DNA from: Podarcis melisellensis
Taxonomy: Eukaryota
NCBI GenBank assembly: GCA_964234715.1
Contig: OZ174282.1
Direction: 5' to 3' (one strand)
DNA: 64,000 nucleotides
Shown here one piece after another: positions 35,338 through 47,184 of this stretch. Made by a program: the position numbers and the translations under genes. The notes under the pieces were generated by a model. The model was not told the origin of the DNA and searched no databases. It saw only the letters and a program-made list of their open reading frames with translations. How positions within the stretch are numbered: position 1 is the first letter of the stretch; each line of letters opens with the position of its first letter.

Positions 35338-38179
35338 TGAAAAGCGACAGCCACTCTAGAAGCTGGCATTTCTGCAGGCCTGTAATGTGCCCTGGGGTGC
35401 TGCTTTGTCTCTTTGGGCATTCAGCCCCTCTACTCTTTGCACTTAGAAAGTCTTGTCTCTAACAAGCCTCAAGAACGTGAGAATGAGGGCCTGAAACTGC
35501 CTGTCACCAAAACTTCAGAAAAAGTCCTTATGTTGGCTGGCTCAATCCAAGCCCTGAATCTGAGTCTGCTGGCCTGGTCTTCCTGTAGTGACTACAGGGC
35601 CAGACTCAATAAAATGTGGGCCACACAGAACATGTACATATCTCACACCTATGCAGTCAGTGTGCACACATGGCTGAATCACCTGCCCATAAAGCACACA
35701 AACATGTAGAAGGGCACATCTAAACCACGGCCGGCAGCAGCACCTCCATGAAGGATGGGCTTCAGAGATGAAAGAGACTTGTCTCACGCACGTCAGGCAA
35801 AGGCTGCCATTTTGAACAGCACTTTCCCTTCCATCAGAAGAAACACCCCAAAGACCAGACTTCTTTCCCACCAAAGGGCACGTCCGCCTCCTGTCCGCCC
35901 CTCCCTCCTGCCCCACTTGAGGGCATGAACCAGCCGTGCGGAAGGAGTGGGGAGGGCAGCTGCTGCCCCATCTCACCTACGTCCTGTCAGCCTATGGACA
36001 GGCATTTCCACACAGCCTCTCTTATTTACGCACACGTGCAACGCGTCTAGGAGGAGAGAGCGCCTATCTCTGTGGTTATGCCTGCTTGTCTCCAGGATGA
36101 AAAAAAATACACAGCACAGTTACTCAAACACATGTAAATATCGCTCTAATCCCATTTGTTTGGCAGACCATATAAAGGCTAAGAAATGAAAAATGCACTC
36201 ACACGCCCTCTGACACCCTGGCCCAGCGCATGGAGGGGAGCGCTCTCCCAGTGGCTGGCTCCTGGCTCCCTCGCCTCCCTCGCGCTTTGCTGCTAAGAAG
36301 ATACTTAGAGCGCAGGGATTGCTCACAATCTGGCTGTGTGATCCACATACATGAGTTGTAATATGCCTGCTCCTATTTCGCTGCCTCTCCCTCTGCCTCT
36401 CTCCCCCCCCCCCGCCAGCCCATCTCTCTTGTTCTCATGTTCAGTGGTTATTTTAGCTTAATGCAATGACATCACACGGCTCCCTTCATTAGGCAGAGCC
36501 CTCGCCGTGCTGCGCGGCTCCCCTGATCACTTCCAAATGATGAGATTTAGGGAGGTTGGATATTTATTGCCGATCAGTCTTAACGTGGGACGCTCAGCTC
36601 CAGGGTGGCGGGGTGTGTGTGTTGGTGTGTCAATTTCTCTGCCCAAGGTGTACACAAGGGGGGGGGTTGCACAGCGCGGGTGACAGCTGTGTTGTGGCTG
36701 TTTGTGTAAGCTGGCGGGGGGTGGGGAGAGAGAAGGCGAGAAAGTGAAAGGGGGGCTTTATTACACATTTTCATTTTTATACAGCAGGCTCGAATAGCTA
36801 TAGGTATCTGCCCATAGCTCAAGCCTTTAATCGGTGGAGTTTTTATATCAAGTCTGAATGAGGAAACTCCAGTAGGCCCTGGGAGGGGATGGCGGGTGCA
36901 GGGGGGAGAAACCTCGCTTTTCAGCATCGCATAACAGCATCACAAAGCATCAGTATTAAAATGTGCACAATATATTATTTGCTTTGATAATTGCAATAAT
37001 AATATTTTTTAAAGTAGTTGTGGTGGTGGTGGTTGTTATTAATTGTTAAGCTGCTGCTGCTGCTGCTGCTACTAATACTAGTAGCAACAACAACACCCAT
37101 TTTTCTTTTTATTTCCTGCACACACCCTTTTATGTTTTATCTTCTACCTTCTGGGCTTTTGGATATCTCCATCATTTTATCAAAAGCGGCAAATGCTAAA
37201 GGACCAGCAAAGGCCAAGCAGTGGTTCAGCAGGAATGCTGAGGAGGAGGGAGAGAGATGTCATCAAATGAGCTTCCCATTATTATGGGCTGTGGTGGACT
37301 GGCTGGGTTCCTGGGACGCCAGAGAGCCCTGAAACCCTAAATAATCAGGTTGCCAAGAAGGCTAGCCTGGGGAGGGCGAGGTTCAAAGTCTGCTCCTGGA
37401 AAGACAGACAAACGCCGGCGTTTCTCCTGCAAAAGGCTATGGCTTCATTCAAGTATTTTCCTTCAAAATCAGGCCAGCACAAATCCCCGCCTGCAGAATA
37501 TATACTCTGTGCCCTCCCTCGATGGGCTAGGTAATCCCTTGAATTAAGATTTCTTCTTTTTCCTGAGGGTTTTTATTTAACTGTTCTTAATAAATGAGAG
37601 CATTTAGGCACGTTTTGTTCTGCAGCCCTTGCTGGGACCAAAATTGCTACATTTGCTGAAACGCCGTTCCAGATGGCGTGTCCCCCACCCAGCTCCCTCC
37701 CCAAAAGGGCTTTTCTGCTTCTGCTTCTGGCTGCCTCTCTTTCGCTGCTGCTTGGCTGGGACGGAGGGGCAGCCGCTGCGGGACCTGGACAGCTCCCTCG
37801 CAGAGCCACAAAGCCAGGCAGGAGGAGGCCTGGCTGGCTGGCTGGCTGGCTGTCGCAATGGAGCCCCTCCATACATTTGTAGCAGCAGCAGCGGCAGTCT
37901 CTGGACTTGAACCCCCTGCCCTCTCACCTCAGGGTCTGATATGACTCCTCTCTCTCTCTTCCCCCACAACTCCCTGCCCCCACTCTCTTTTCTTCCGGCT
38001 CCTCTATCAAGCAGTGATGTACTCAGGCTGGCTGTGAATAAATGTAAGTGACCCCCACCCAGCCACCCCCACTTCCCTGAGCCTTCTGCAACTGCTGGAG
38101 AGGGAGAGAGAGAGAATGAGAAAAAGAGAGAGGAGGAATGAGAGAGAAGAAAGTGAGGGAGAGAGAGAGCAAGCAAATG

Positions 38180-38900
38180 GCCCCGACTTCCTCCCAGGTA
38201 ATTAAAGGGTCTGTTTTCAAGGTTGCGTGGGTAAAAGACAATTTGGCCTAATGAAGCATTGATCGGCCAGCACTAAAGGTAGAAAAAGAGATGCTGACTC
38301 TCATCCATTCAAAGGTACCTTTCACTGCTGTAAAGCAGAGAACCGGGGATTGTTCTGGCTCAGCTGTCATTGCCTATGACCTGCTTTAGGGGGGGAAAGA
38401 TGAGAATTTGCTTTAAATTTATTTCGATTCTGTAATGGCGCCGAGGTATATTATATGTCAGGCTGGGTACGATTATTAATCAGTGGGAAATTATATTTGC
38501 ACGTGTGCGTGTGTGTGCTCTTCTCTCCACCCCCTTCCCCTTTTCTTCCCCCTTTTCTGCTTCTACCGAATATTGCGTCCTTCATTATTCACATTAAGAC
38601 CCCCACCAATCAGCTCTTCGGATGCTGAATGCGTGAGGTCAGTTATGGAGATGCAGGAAATTACTGCGGATTGGTGGGGACATTTTTGTCAATTTGTAAG
38701 CAAAAGCCGGCGTTATTGCAAGGTTTTCATCACTGTCGATTTGTGCCGGTACAAGATATCTCAAAACAAAACCCTCCAAGGCACTGATGGCGGACGAGGC
38801 AAAATATCTGAGCAGAAATCTTTAGGCGCCGATATTAATGTTCCGGCAATCAGAGAGAGGAAGTGTGTAATTTTTCCACTTGAGACCAATCCAGTTCTAA
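38180..38900. promoter_or_regulatory. Long candidate conserved non-coding element
   Basis: About 700 bp, repeat-free, moderately AT-rich yet with many CpGs and TAAT/TGTCA/ATTGAT words; no credible reading frame. Confidence 0.5.
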
Positions 38901-39928
38901 GCCAAAAGCCCTAAAACCTGCCTCCGGTGGCATTTAAGCCTCATCCCAGCCAGGTTCTGGAGCTGGCAAGCAGGCGGACAGCGGCCTCCGTACATTCCCC
39001 TCAGCTGCTGGCCACCCTGACCCCTCTGACCCCTCAATTATTTCATTCACCAAAGGACCAAGTGATCATAAATGGGGGAACGGGAGGAAAATGGGGTACA
39101 GCAAATTTGGGTGAGGGAGGCAGGAGGGGGACCTGTACCGATTGCGGGACAAGCTGAGTCTTCTCCAGCGAGCCTTTGCTCCAAACCGGGCACTGCTGCT
39201 GGGTCTTGCGAGAGGCCCCTGGGCTCAACAATGGAGCGTCCCTTCAGAGCACCAAACACAAAGGGGATTTGCTCTCACGCTGTCCGCATTGTGCAGCTCC
39301 TCTCGGTCTAAACGGGGCCGCTTTTTGCCCTGATTAAGACGAGGAGGGGAAAGAGAAACCGAGCCCCGCATCTTTTCTTCTGCAATACAGATGCCGCGTT
39401 TCTCCCTCTCCCTCACGCACGGTGCAGTTCCCTGCTCTTTCTAAGGTGCCTTCTGCAACCCATCCTCATACCGACTGTTGCATTTCGTAGTCTCTTTAGG
39501 TGAGCATCACCCCTCTGCCACCCTAACACTAAAAAATAAATAAATAAAATGGAAGGGGGTTCAGAGGAGAGGGCAGGAAGGTGGACAAAGGACAGAGAAG
39601 CCAGTTAGGAAAGAGGCCGTGGGAGGCAGCTCACATACAACACATTTTGTCATGTGTGGGTCCTTTTCTTTTGGGAACAGTGCTGCTCTAACGTGTAGGA
39701 TTTCACAGATGTGCAAAGTGCTGATCTCTCTTCCTCCGTTGTCCCCCTCCCCATTCTAAGCATCCTTCAAAATGGCAAAACGGTGGCTCCCCCGATTGTG
39801 TCTGCACAAGGAGGAGATGTTGCCGGGAGGCCGGCGGAAGGCAAGCGGCTCCGAGCTCCCGGAACTGATGGAGACAAAGGCCACTTCCCTGTCACCTTCG
39901 CCCAGCTTTTCAAAAGAGCATCCCCCGA

Positions 39929-40100
39929 NNNNNNNNNNNNNNNNNNNNNNNNNNNNNNNNNNNNNNNNNNNNNNNNNNNNNNNNNNNNNNNNNNNNNNNN
40001 NNNNNNNNNNNNNNNNNNNNNNNNNNNNNNNNNNNNNNNNNNNNNNNNNNNNNNNNNNNNNNNNNNNNNNNNNNNNNNNNNNNNNNNNNNNNNNNNNNNN
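39929..40100. other. Assembly gap (172 N)
   Basis: Run of N. Confidence 1.
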
Positions 40101-40722
40101 TCTCTGGCAATATTAAATCCCCCCTCCCTCCCTGCCTTGCAACGGGCCCACCTTCCTCTTATTCCAAAGAACAAGACGGCAGAGCAAAACCTCATTTTTC
40201 TTTTCTAATCTTTTCTCTCCCCCCCCTTCCTCCCAAGGCTTATTAAAATGTATTCTTTTCTATTGCACACCAGGCAGTTTGCAGGGAAGCTGGGGGTGGG
40301 GAGCAGGGGGGGCATTCAGGAAACCCCATTACAGCTGCACAGTGAGCGGCAAGAGGCCGAGGAGGCTCTGCTGCTTTATTAAGGGAGGCGAGTTAGAGTT
40401 ACGGGGCTGGTGGGGTGGGTGGGGGTGATGCAATCAAATGTGAAGCATTTTCTGCTAATGAAAGAGGCATGCATGTCTGTGCAAGGGGGTGTGATTGGCA
40501 GGGCTGCAGATTGGGAGCCACAGGAAGGGCCTTACCTCAAAGCCACTGTGTGAGAAAAGGCAAGGGGTGCTATTTTCATCAGGCAGACATTTGGGAAATG
40601 ACCACAGCAAATTTAATCACAGTTGGAACAGGGCGGGGGGTGAGGAGAGAGAGAGAGCACCAGAGTCGCATGTTTTATTTATTTGTTCAAAGTCACGGTC
40701 ATCCTATTGTGTCATTCTGTCA

Positions 40723-40725
<3 letters not shown>

Positions 40726-40756
<31 letters not shown>
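40726..40756. repeat. (CA)n microsatellite
   Basis: Perfect run read directly. Confidence 0.97.
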
Positions 40757-40758
<2 letters not shown>

Positions 40759-42982
40759 CCTCCCTATTTCCATTGTTCACGCAAGGCACAGGAAAAAATA
40801 TATATAACCCCCCTCCTTTTTGGGGGAAGACAATCCAGGAGAGGCCAAAGGTTTGGCCAGAGAGAGAGCAAAATGGGGGCTTTTCATATTCAAATCATAA
40901 AAGCAAAATGCATTCTACATTGTGATGCTAAAACCTGCATCTTTCATGCATCTGCTTGACAGGCTGCTTGCCTTGTTCCCTTGTCTTCATCCCCTCTCTG
41001 TTTTGTGCAATATAGCCTTTTTAAATGGAGGGGGGAACTGCCATCTAAGCCCCTTGCAAGGGTCTGATTTGCAGCGGGTGAGGAGGCATTCTTAGTGCTA
41101 ATCAAAACAAATAGGAGAAAAGAAAACCCAGGGAGCTCACGGGAGGCAGCCTCCCCTCCCTCCTCGCTTCCTTCTGTACATAGTTCCTGCTTCTGCGCTC
41201 CAGGTCTCCTCCTCCGATTTATTCCTAAAGCTGCCCCATGCCCTGAAATCTGTTGTCAATGTACTGCTCTCTGCTGAAGCCCGGTGGAGGCACACAGTCG
41301 CCAGGAAGGCAAGAGGATGTGGGCCTGGGGAGGGTGAACGGGCCCTGTATGTGGCTTTTTCCCCATCCCACCCCACGCCTAGAAAATATGTCATAACATA
41401 TTTTAATATTTTCCTAATTGTTTGAGAATTGCTTCCAATCCTCACCCTGTAAAAAAAAAACCTGGTTTAGGACCAAATTTGAGACTATCACTACTTTGAG
41501 CTATTTTCTTGCCTGTGTACTGCAATCCACCTGAAATGTGTCCCTTGTCCAGGATAGGTCATGCTGTCTGCTGAAGGCAGGCAAAGCACCTGCACCCATT
41601 GGGGTCCCTCTGCAGGGTCACAAGCACCTGTTTCACATAAGCAGCAAAGATGTAGGAATTGTGGCGGCAGTGGGAGGGAGAGGCTTTTATATTGCAAAGC
41701 CAGCACGATTGCATACTTTAGTTCCTGGTCTTTAAATGAGAGGCAGACCCATATTCAAGTGGACCCTTGTATGCTTCATTCATAAGAGGAGGAATTTCAT
41801 ATTCATAAGAGAAAAATGCAGGTTGCTAACAATTGATCAGATCCCCCCCCCCCCCGCTTCAAGATACATGGCATCTACTTTACAAACCCCCCACTCCAAT
41901 GCACCCCATTCTGTAAAAACCTTAATTGCACCAACTCCTTTGAAGAAGAAAATGCAGGACACCTAATCTAGAAAGCAACCTAGAAAGAAGTAAAAGCTCC
42001 TTGCAACCATATTTCAGGAGGGAAAATCCTTTCGTGTGTAAACTTGGTTTTTCTTTGCTTTCCAATACTTTAGAACTAGCTGGTTAGATGGCAGGTAGAT
42101 AATAGACAGACATATGCCACTGTATTTCTATATTTAAAAATCCATTTAATTGAGGTCTAAATAATTATCCTATTTAAGCATTTTCTAAACATCTTTAGGA
42201 AAATTTGTAACAGATTTGTGTACAGCTAAATTAATATATTGGAACCTTAAGAAAGGAATCAAATATTTAAACCATGCATATATCTCTGGGAGATCCCACA
42301 CATATTCAAACCAATTCATATATGGCACATTTGCTAAAATACTAGCTTAAATATCAAAATTATTTGGCTCTTTTTCTCTGCAATTTATTTCCATGTTTTT
42401 TCCTCATAGGATGTTGGGTTTAGAAACATGTTTGATGCCTGTCAGCATATTTAAAACAAGGCTTCCATGCAGTTATTTTTCTCGATTCTGTCTTAAACTT
42501 TATTTCAGAATATATACATTTTTAAAGAAAACTGTTTCAATTATCTCTTGAAATCCCTTGCCAAGAAGGGATTACATTTTTGTATGAATTTTACCCAAAA
42601 TATTAAATGTGCAGGATCAGCAGAGACAAGAGATCAGAGGAGGGAAATATTCTATTTTCAAATTTAGGTGCAAAAAACAAAATAGAAAATAAATACTGTG
42701 CAACAAAAATATTCAAGAGAGAATTGATACAGCTATCTGACAATTAATAATGTTTGTATGAGAAATGAAATTATTATTACAGTGTGGAATAGCAAGGAAC
42801 AAACTTACAGGTATAGGCTTTGAACAGTTCTCCAAAAGGAAACAGCTGCTCCTATCCTGGTGGGGGAAAGGAAAATACTTCAAATGTAATTTCTTAAAGA
42901 AGGAGGGAAAGGGGGGGACCAAAAAATAACTATTTTTTATGGGGGGGATTAATGCACCGTTAAAAGGTAATAATAAAATGTG

Positions 42983-43033
<51 letters not shown>
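42983..43033. repeat. (ATT)17 microsatellite
   Basis: Perfect run; explains the poly-Ile ORF. Confidence 0.98.
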
Positions 43034-43034
<1 letters not shown>

Positions 43035-43159
43035 GTGTGTACTGTTTCAATACCTCCTGCTACACCTTTTCTGCTTTACACACACACCACACACATATTC
43101 AGATGAGCAGCCGAAGGAACACACACACCCCAGCCGTTCCAGGGGACAAAAGGGGGAAC

Positions 43160-43990
43160 AGCCGAGTGAGTGCCGCCAAACAGTTTAATCTGGATTAATC
43201 TTGCACTACATTGACTCCCTAAACCTCACATTTTCGTTATGCAAAAGCCAATTGGATTTGCCTGCCCTCGGGCTCCTTCGGTCTGGAGTCTCCAGGTTCA
43301 GACCCAACCATTTATCTTGATCGTTTCCAAGCTACTTGGACAGAAGGAGCGGGAGGGGGGGCGGAGGGGGGAGGCGATTGTTTCGTTTGTTGTCAGAGGG
43401 CATTGATCCGCCCTTCTGTCTGCTGGTCACCGAGGGGAGGGCAGCCCCCGGAGGAGCCCTTCCAGGCTCGGCCAGGTCAGCAGAGAGACAGAGAGAGAGG
43501 GAGTCCTATTGAGCCATGACCCAAATGAGCGCTCATTGAAGGAAACGGGGATTGGCGTCGGGATCGTTCGGAGACACCCTCCGTAACACTTAAACAAGTC
43601 CACTCTGTTAATGCCGGGTCACCAGGGACCCATCAAGACCTCTCTCCTGACCATTAGACCCTTTGATGGAGTGGACGATAAACTTCCCAGGACAGCTCGG
43701 ACACTGGACTTGAACGTGGCTGCAGGACGAGGCCTGCCTGGGATGGCACAGATGGCTGCTGACTGCCCCCCCTGCCCCGGTGGGGGGGGGTGACTATATG
43801 TATCGGGACTGGAGATTAGGCAGAGCCAAAGCAAAGCCACGTGGCCGGCACAGGCCCCCTGGAAATCACGGCTGCAAACGCAGCCAAATTCCAGAGGCTG
43901 CCGGCTCCCCCCCCCCCCCACAACTGCCTTTGCCGTAGCAATCTCCGTTCCCCCAGCCAGATCCAAGGCCGGGCATTTGGGTATCTTTTG
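43160..43990. promoter_or_regulatory. CpG-rich promoter- or enhancer-like region
   Basis: Sharp switch from AT-rich to GC/CpG-rich sequence; TAATCTGGATTA, octamer-like TATGCAAAA, CCAAT, GC-box GGGGCGGAG and G-tracts at ~43351-43374. Confidence 0.45.
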
Positions 43991-45149
43991 GCTGCTGTTG
44001 CTTCTATTCCGCGTGAAGGGAGGAGGAGGAAGACAAAGTCTTTCTCTTTCAGAGGAAAAAATAATGACAAATCTGAGACCCATCAACTGGTTTGGGGGAC
44101 ACGATAATGTCAAGGCAGTGCCTAAGAGAGAATTAGTTAAAATGTTAAAATCCTAATTGTTTCAATTACAAAAGGTGATGTTTATAGCAGTCGGCACAGC
44201 AGAACAAATACAATACTCTAATTAGTCCAAAATAATAATAAAAATGCAGCAGGGGCTATATGACCGTTTTGGTGTTTTAATCCATGTACTGATATATTAG
44301 TATTTGCACAGATTCTTCCCAGGTGCTCACTAAGATTTGCTGTTTCAATTTTTCCACAAGCCAAAAGGATGCTACTTTTTTTTTTGCAGAGTACTTGCTT
44401 GAATTATCAAGCTTTTATCCTAGTTTTACCACCTTGCCTCCTCCTCTCTGGAGAATTGACTGATTCTGTGTTAATACAGGAAATGACACCAAATTTTGCA
44501 GAGACCACACTAGGAGAAATTGTCATTTCTTGCAAAGCTCTTCTGAAAGATTTTCCCTCAAAGTAATGAATATTGCATTGATTTGCAACGAATATTTAAG
44601 TAATTAGCAGAAACAGTCACTAATAAATGGCTAAGGAATTTGGCAAAATTCACTGGAAAATGAAGCTGGCCTTTATTTAAAATATTTCATGAATAAATAG
44701 CTGCAGGATATTATTTTTTACCTAGCATGTAACTAATGGTGGCACGGCAAAAGAAAATGTCAGAATAATTCTGATTATTTAAACATCCCTCTCCCAGTCA
44801 AACCTGAAGAGCTTTTGACTGAAGAAACAGCCGTGTCCTCACTGAGGCAGCTTGTAACCTTTCCAACTTGTTCAAATTTAGGCTGTTTTAAATGAGCCAC
44901 TTTCAGCGTGACACAATGGTGCCTCTCCCCCCCTTTTGTGTGCTGAATGCACCGTGGTTACTCAGCGATGACAAGGAAATGGCATTTCCCCAGAATTCAA
45001 AACATGCAATATTTTGTTACTGGGGAAATGTTAACACCTCTTCCTCCCCCATCCCAAACCCAGCACACCCTATTGCAACGCTCTGGTCAGCTAGTTGACA
45101 CTCACATTTGTGACAAGCCCCCCACCCCACAAAAAACCCATTCCTGTCT

Positions 45150-46140
45150 CATTTAGTGATTCTCCCCCTCCCAATTTACATTGGGTTAGTTGCGCTTCGT
45201 AGCCCTTGGAATCAACGGTGCTGTAAATTGTGGTCAACTTATCCCCCACTTTTCAATGAGACCAAAGTTCATCTAACTCAGCCTCGATCCAAATCATTAT
45301 TTTCCGCATTTTCGCCAGAGTTCCCTCCTCCTAAGCCACGGGTCAAGTTGCAATGACGAAAACAAGCAGAAAACCGCTGGACACCAGCAAGTCGCCCCCC
45401 TCCCCCAGTGACAGCAGCCGGGTTTTTCCACGAATCTTTTGCATTTCCTTGTTTTAAATGCAATTTTTCAGAGCCTGAGAGCTGCCTCTCCTCAGCATGG
45501 GAACTCTGCCTCGCTGAATGAAAGGAAGAAAGGCTCAAACAGTCCCCCCCCCCGGTCCACTGAACACTCAGAAACAAACGCACAGGCTGCCGTAACCATG
45601 TGCTTGGCAGACGTGTGGGGGTATCACACCGCAAGAGTGTGTGGCTATTAAAGTGCTCGGAAGGGAAGGTGTTGCCTTTCCCTGCCCTGTGGAGAGGGCT
45701 GTGGCTTTCCAAGGAATGCACCCCCAGCGGAAAGAAACCTTTCATGCCTGCCATTCAAGTTCCAGCACTTTGCAAAGTGATCTCTCTCACTTTCGCAAAT
45801 GTCTCGAACCAAGAATCTGGTAATGCCTCTTCGATGGCATCATCACTTCCGACGCTTTTATCCTGCAATGCGAATGATAATCAGGCTGATAGGCAAAGCA
45901 AAGCACCCCCTAATCCCGCCCTCTCCCCAGCGAATTGTTCCTCTGGGCTAATGCATTCCCATTCACATGGCTGATGTCTGTCTGTCTCTCTGTGTACCCA
46001 TGCAGCCTTTTGCAGAGAGAACAGGTGATTAGGAACTTTATCATACGAAAAGGAAAAGCCAGAGGCAGGCGGAGCGCGCACGGGGCGGGGGCGATCAGGA
46101 ACAGAAAGAACAAACGCAGCCCCACTAGATCGGAAGTCCC
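45150..46140. promoter_or_regulatory. Candidate conserved non-coding elements, CpG-retaining
   Basis: Repeat-free with many CpGs, GC-boxes (CCCGCCC ~45916, GGGGCGGGG ~46082), and TAATCC and GATAA words. Confidence 0.4.
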
Positions 46141-47087
46141 TTTTGTAAAGTCATCTCTTTGTAGGGTAAAATCCGGCAACCTCAGAGATCCAACAAGATG
46201 TGACTCTGCAGCAGGACCCCCACCCTCCCGAGAAAAAAAACCAACCTCTCCCGCTTTTGTACATTGCAGTTCCCTATGATGTCCAAGGAACTGCACAGCA
46301 GGAGATAATACAGATAAATCTTTACGTCGAGCAATCATTAACAGAGTACAAAGTTGCTACCACTGTACTTGTCACTGTTTAGAGATTTTTTTTTTGCCTA
46401 AAAGCACATTTTACACCCTGAAATATACCTTGGCATAACAAACCTGAAGGATTCATTCACAGCAAATAATGGAATTTCTCTCTTCTTAGAGTAAAAATAT
46501 AAAATATATATTGCCAGGTTTTCTTAAGTGCATTACTATTTAAAATGTTCATAAGTTGCCTCCTCTCCAAAATGAAAGTGACATATACCCCCATACAGAT
46601 ATATAAAATCTGGGCACTGTGTCCCCCTGCAGATGTGCCAGGCAGATAGACAGAATTTGTCCAAGTGGCACAGGTGGCACTTACAAATGCCCTCATCCTG
46701 CAGCCCCGTTTCAGGCCCATGGAACAAGCTTCAAGCCAAGGCACCTTCTTGAACTCTGGGAACTTTGTGGCAGGGATCAGGTACAGAGGGTAAATAGTAC
46801 AATGGGATTGTGTACATTCGAGTTCATTTCTGGAAGTGGCTTTTTCCTGAGATTTATTAGCACTCGTGGAAACTGGGCATTTTCTGTTTTGTTTCATTGC
46901 TTGTCACATCTCTTTCGCTCCCAACATAATGCACTTTGAGTGCTCTGATAGCACATAGAACACTGCCAAACCAATGCAAGAAAAACTCTCTTTGCAATCT
47001 GAGTGAATTTCGGAAAGGCTTTTAGTCACGCTTACACATACAACTGCACCAGGTTCTGCAAGGTGACACTAGACAATCATTTAAGAT

Positions 47088-47184
47088 AGCCTTTCCCAAC
47101 CTGGTTCCTTCCAGAGATTTTGGACTACAAACTCCAGCACCCCAAAGCAGAATAACCATATGATGCTGGGTTGGGGAAAGTTGC
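47088..47184. mobile_element. Degraded hAT-type MITE
   Basis: CTTTCCCAACC...TTTTGGACTACAA...GGTTGGGGAAAG, an internally deleted relative of 7306-7441. Confidence 0.6.

Noticed and set aside
37604-38176. 190-aa minus-strand ORF
   Set aside because: Built from purine/pyrimidine tracts and (GGCT)n; no domain.
43619-44113. 164-aa minus-strand ORF in a CpG-rich region
   Set aside because: Crosses homopolymer G/C runs and resembles no known protein; non-coding is more likely.
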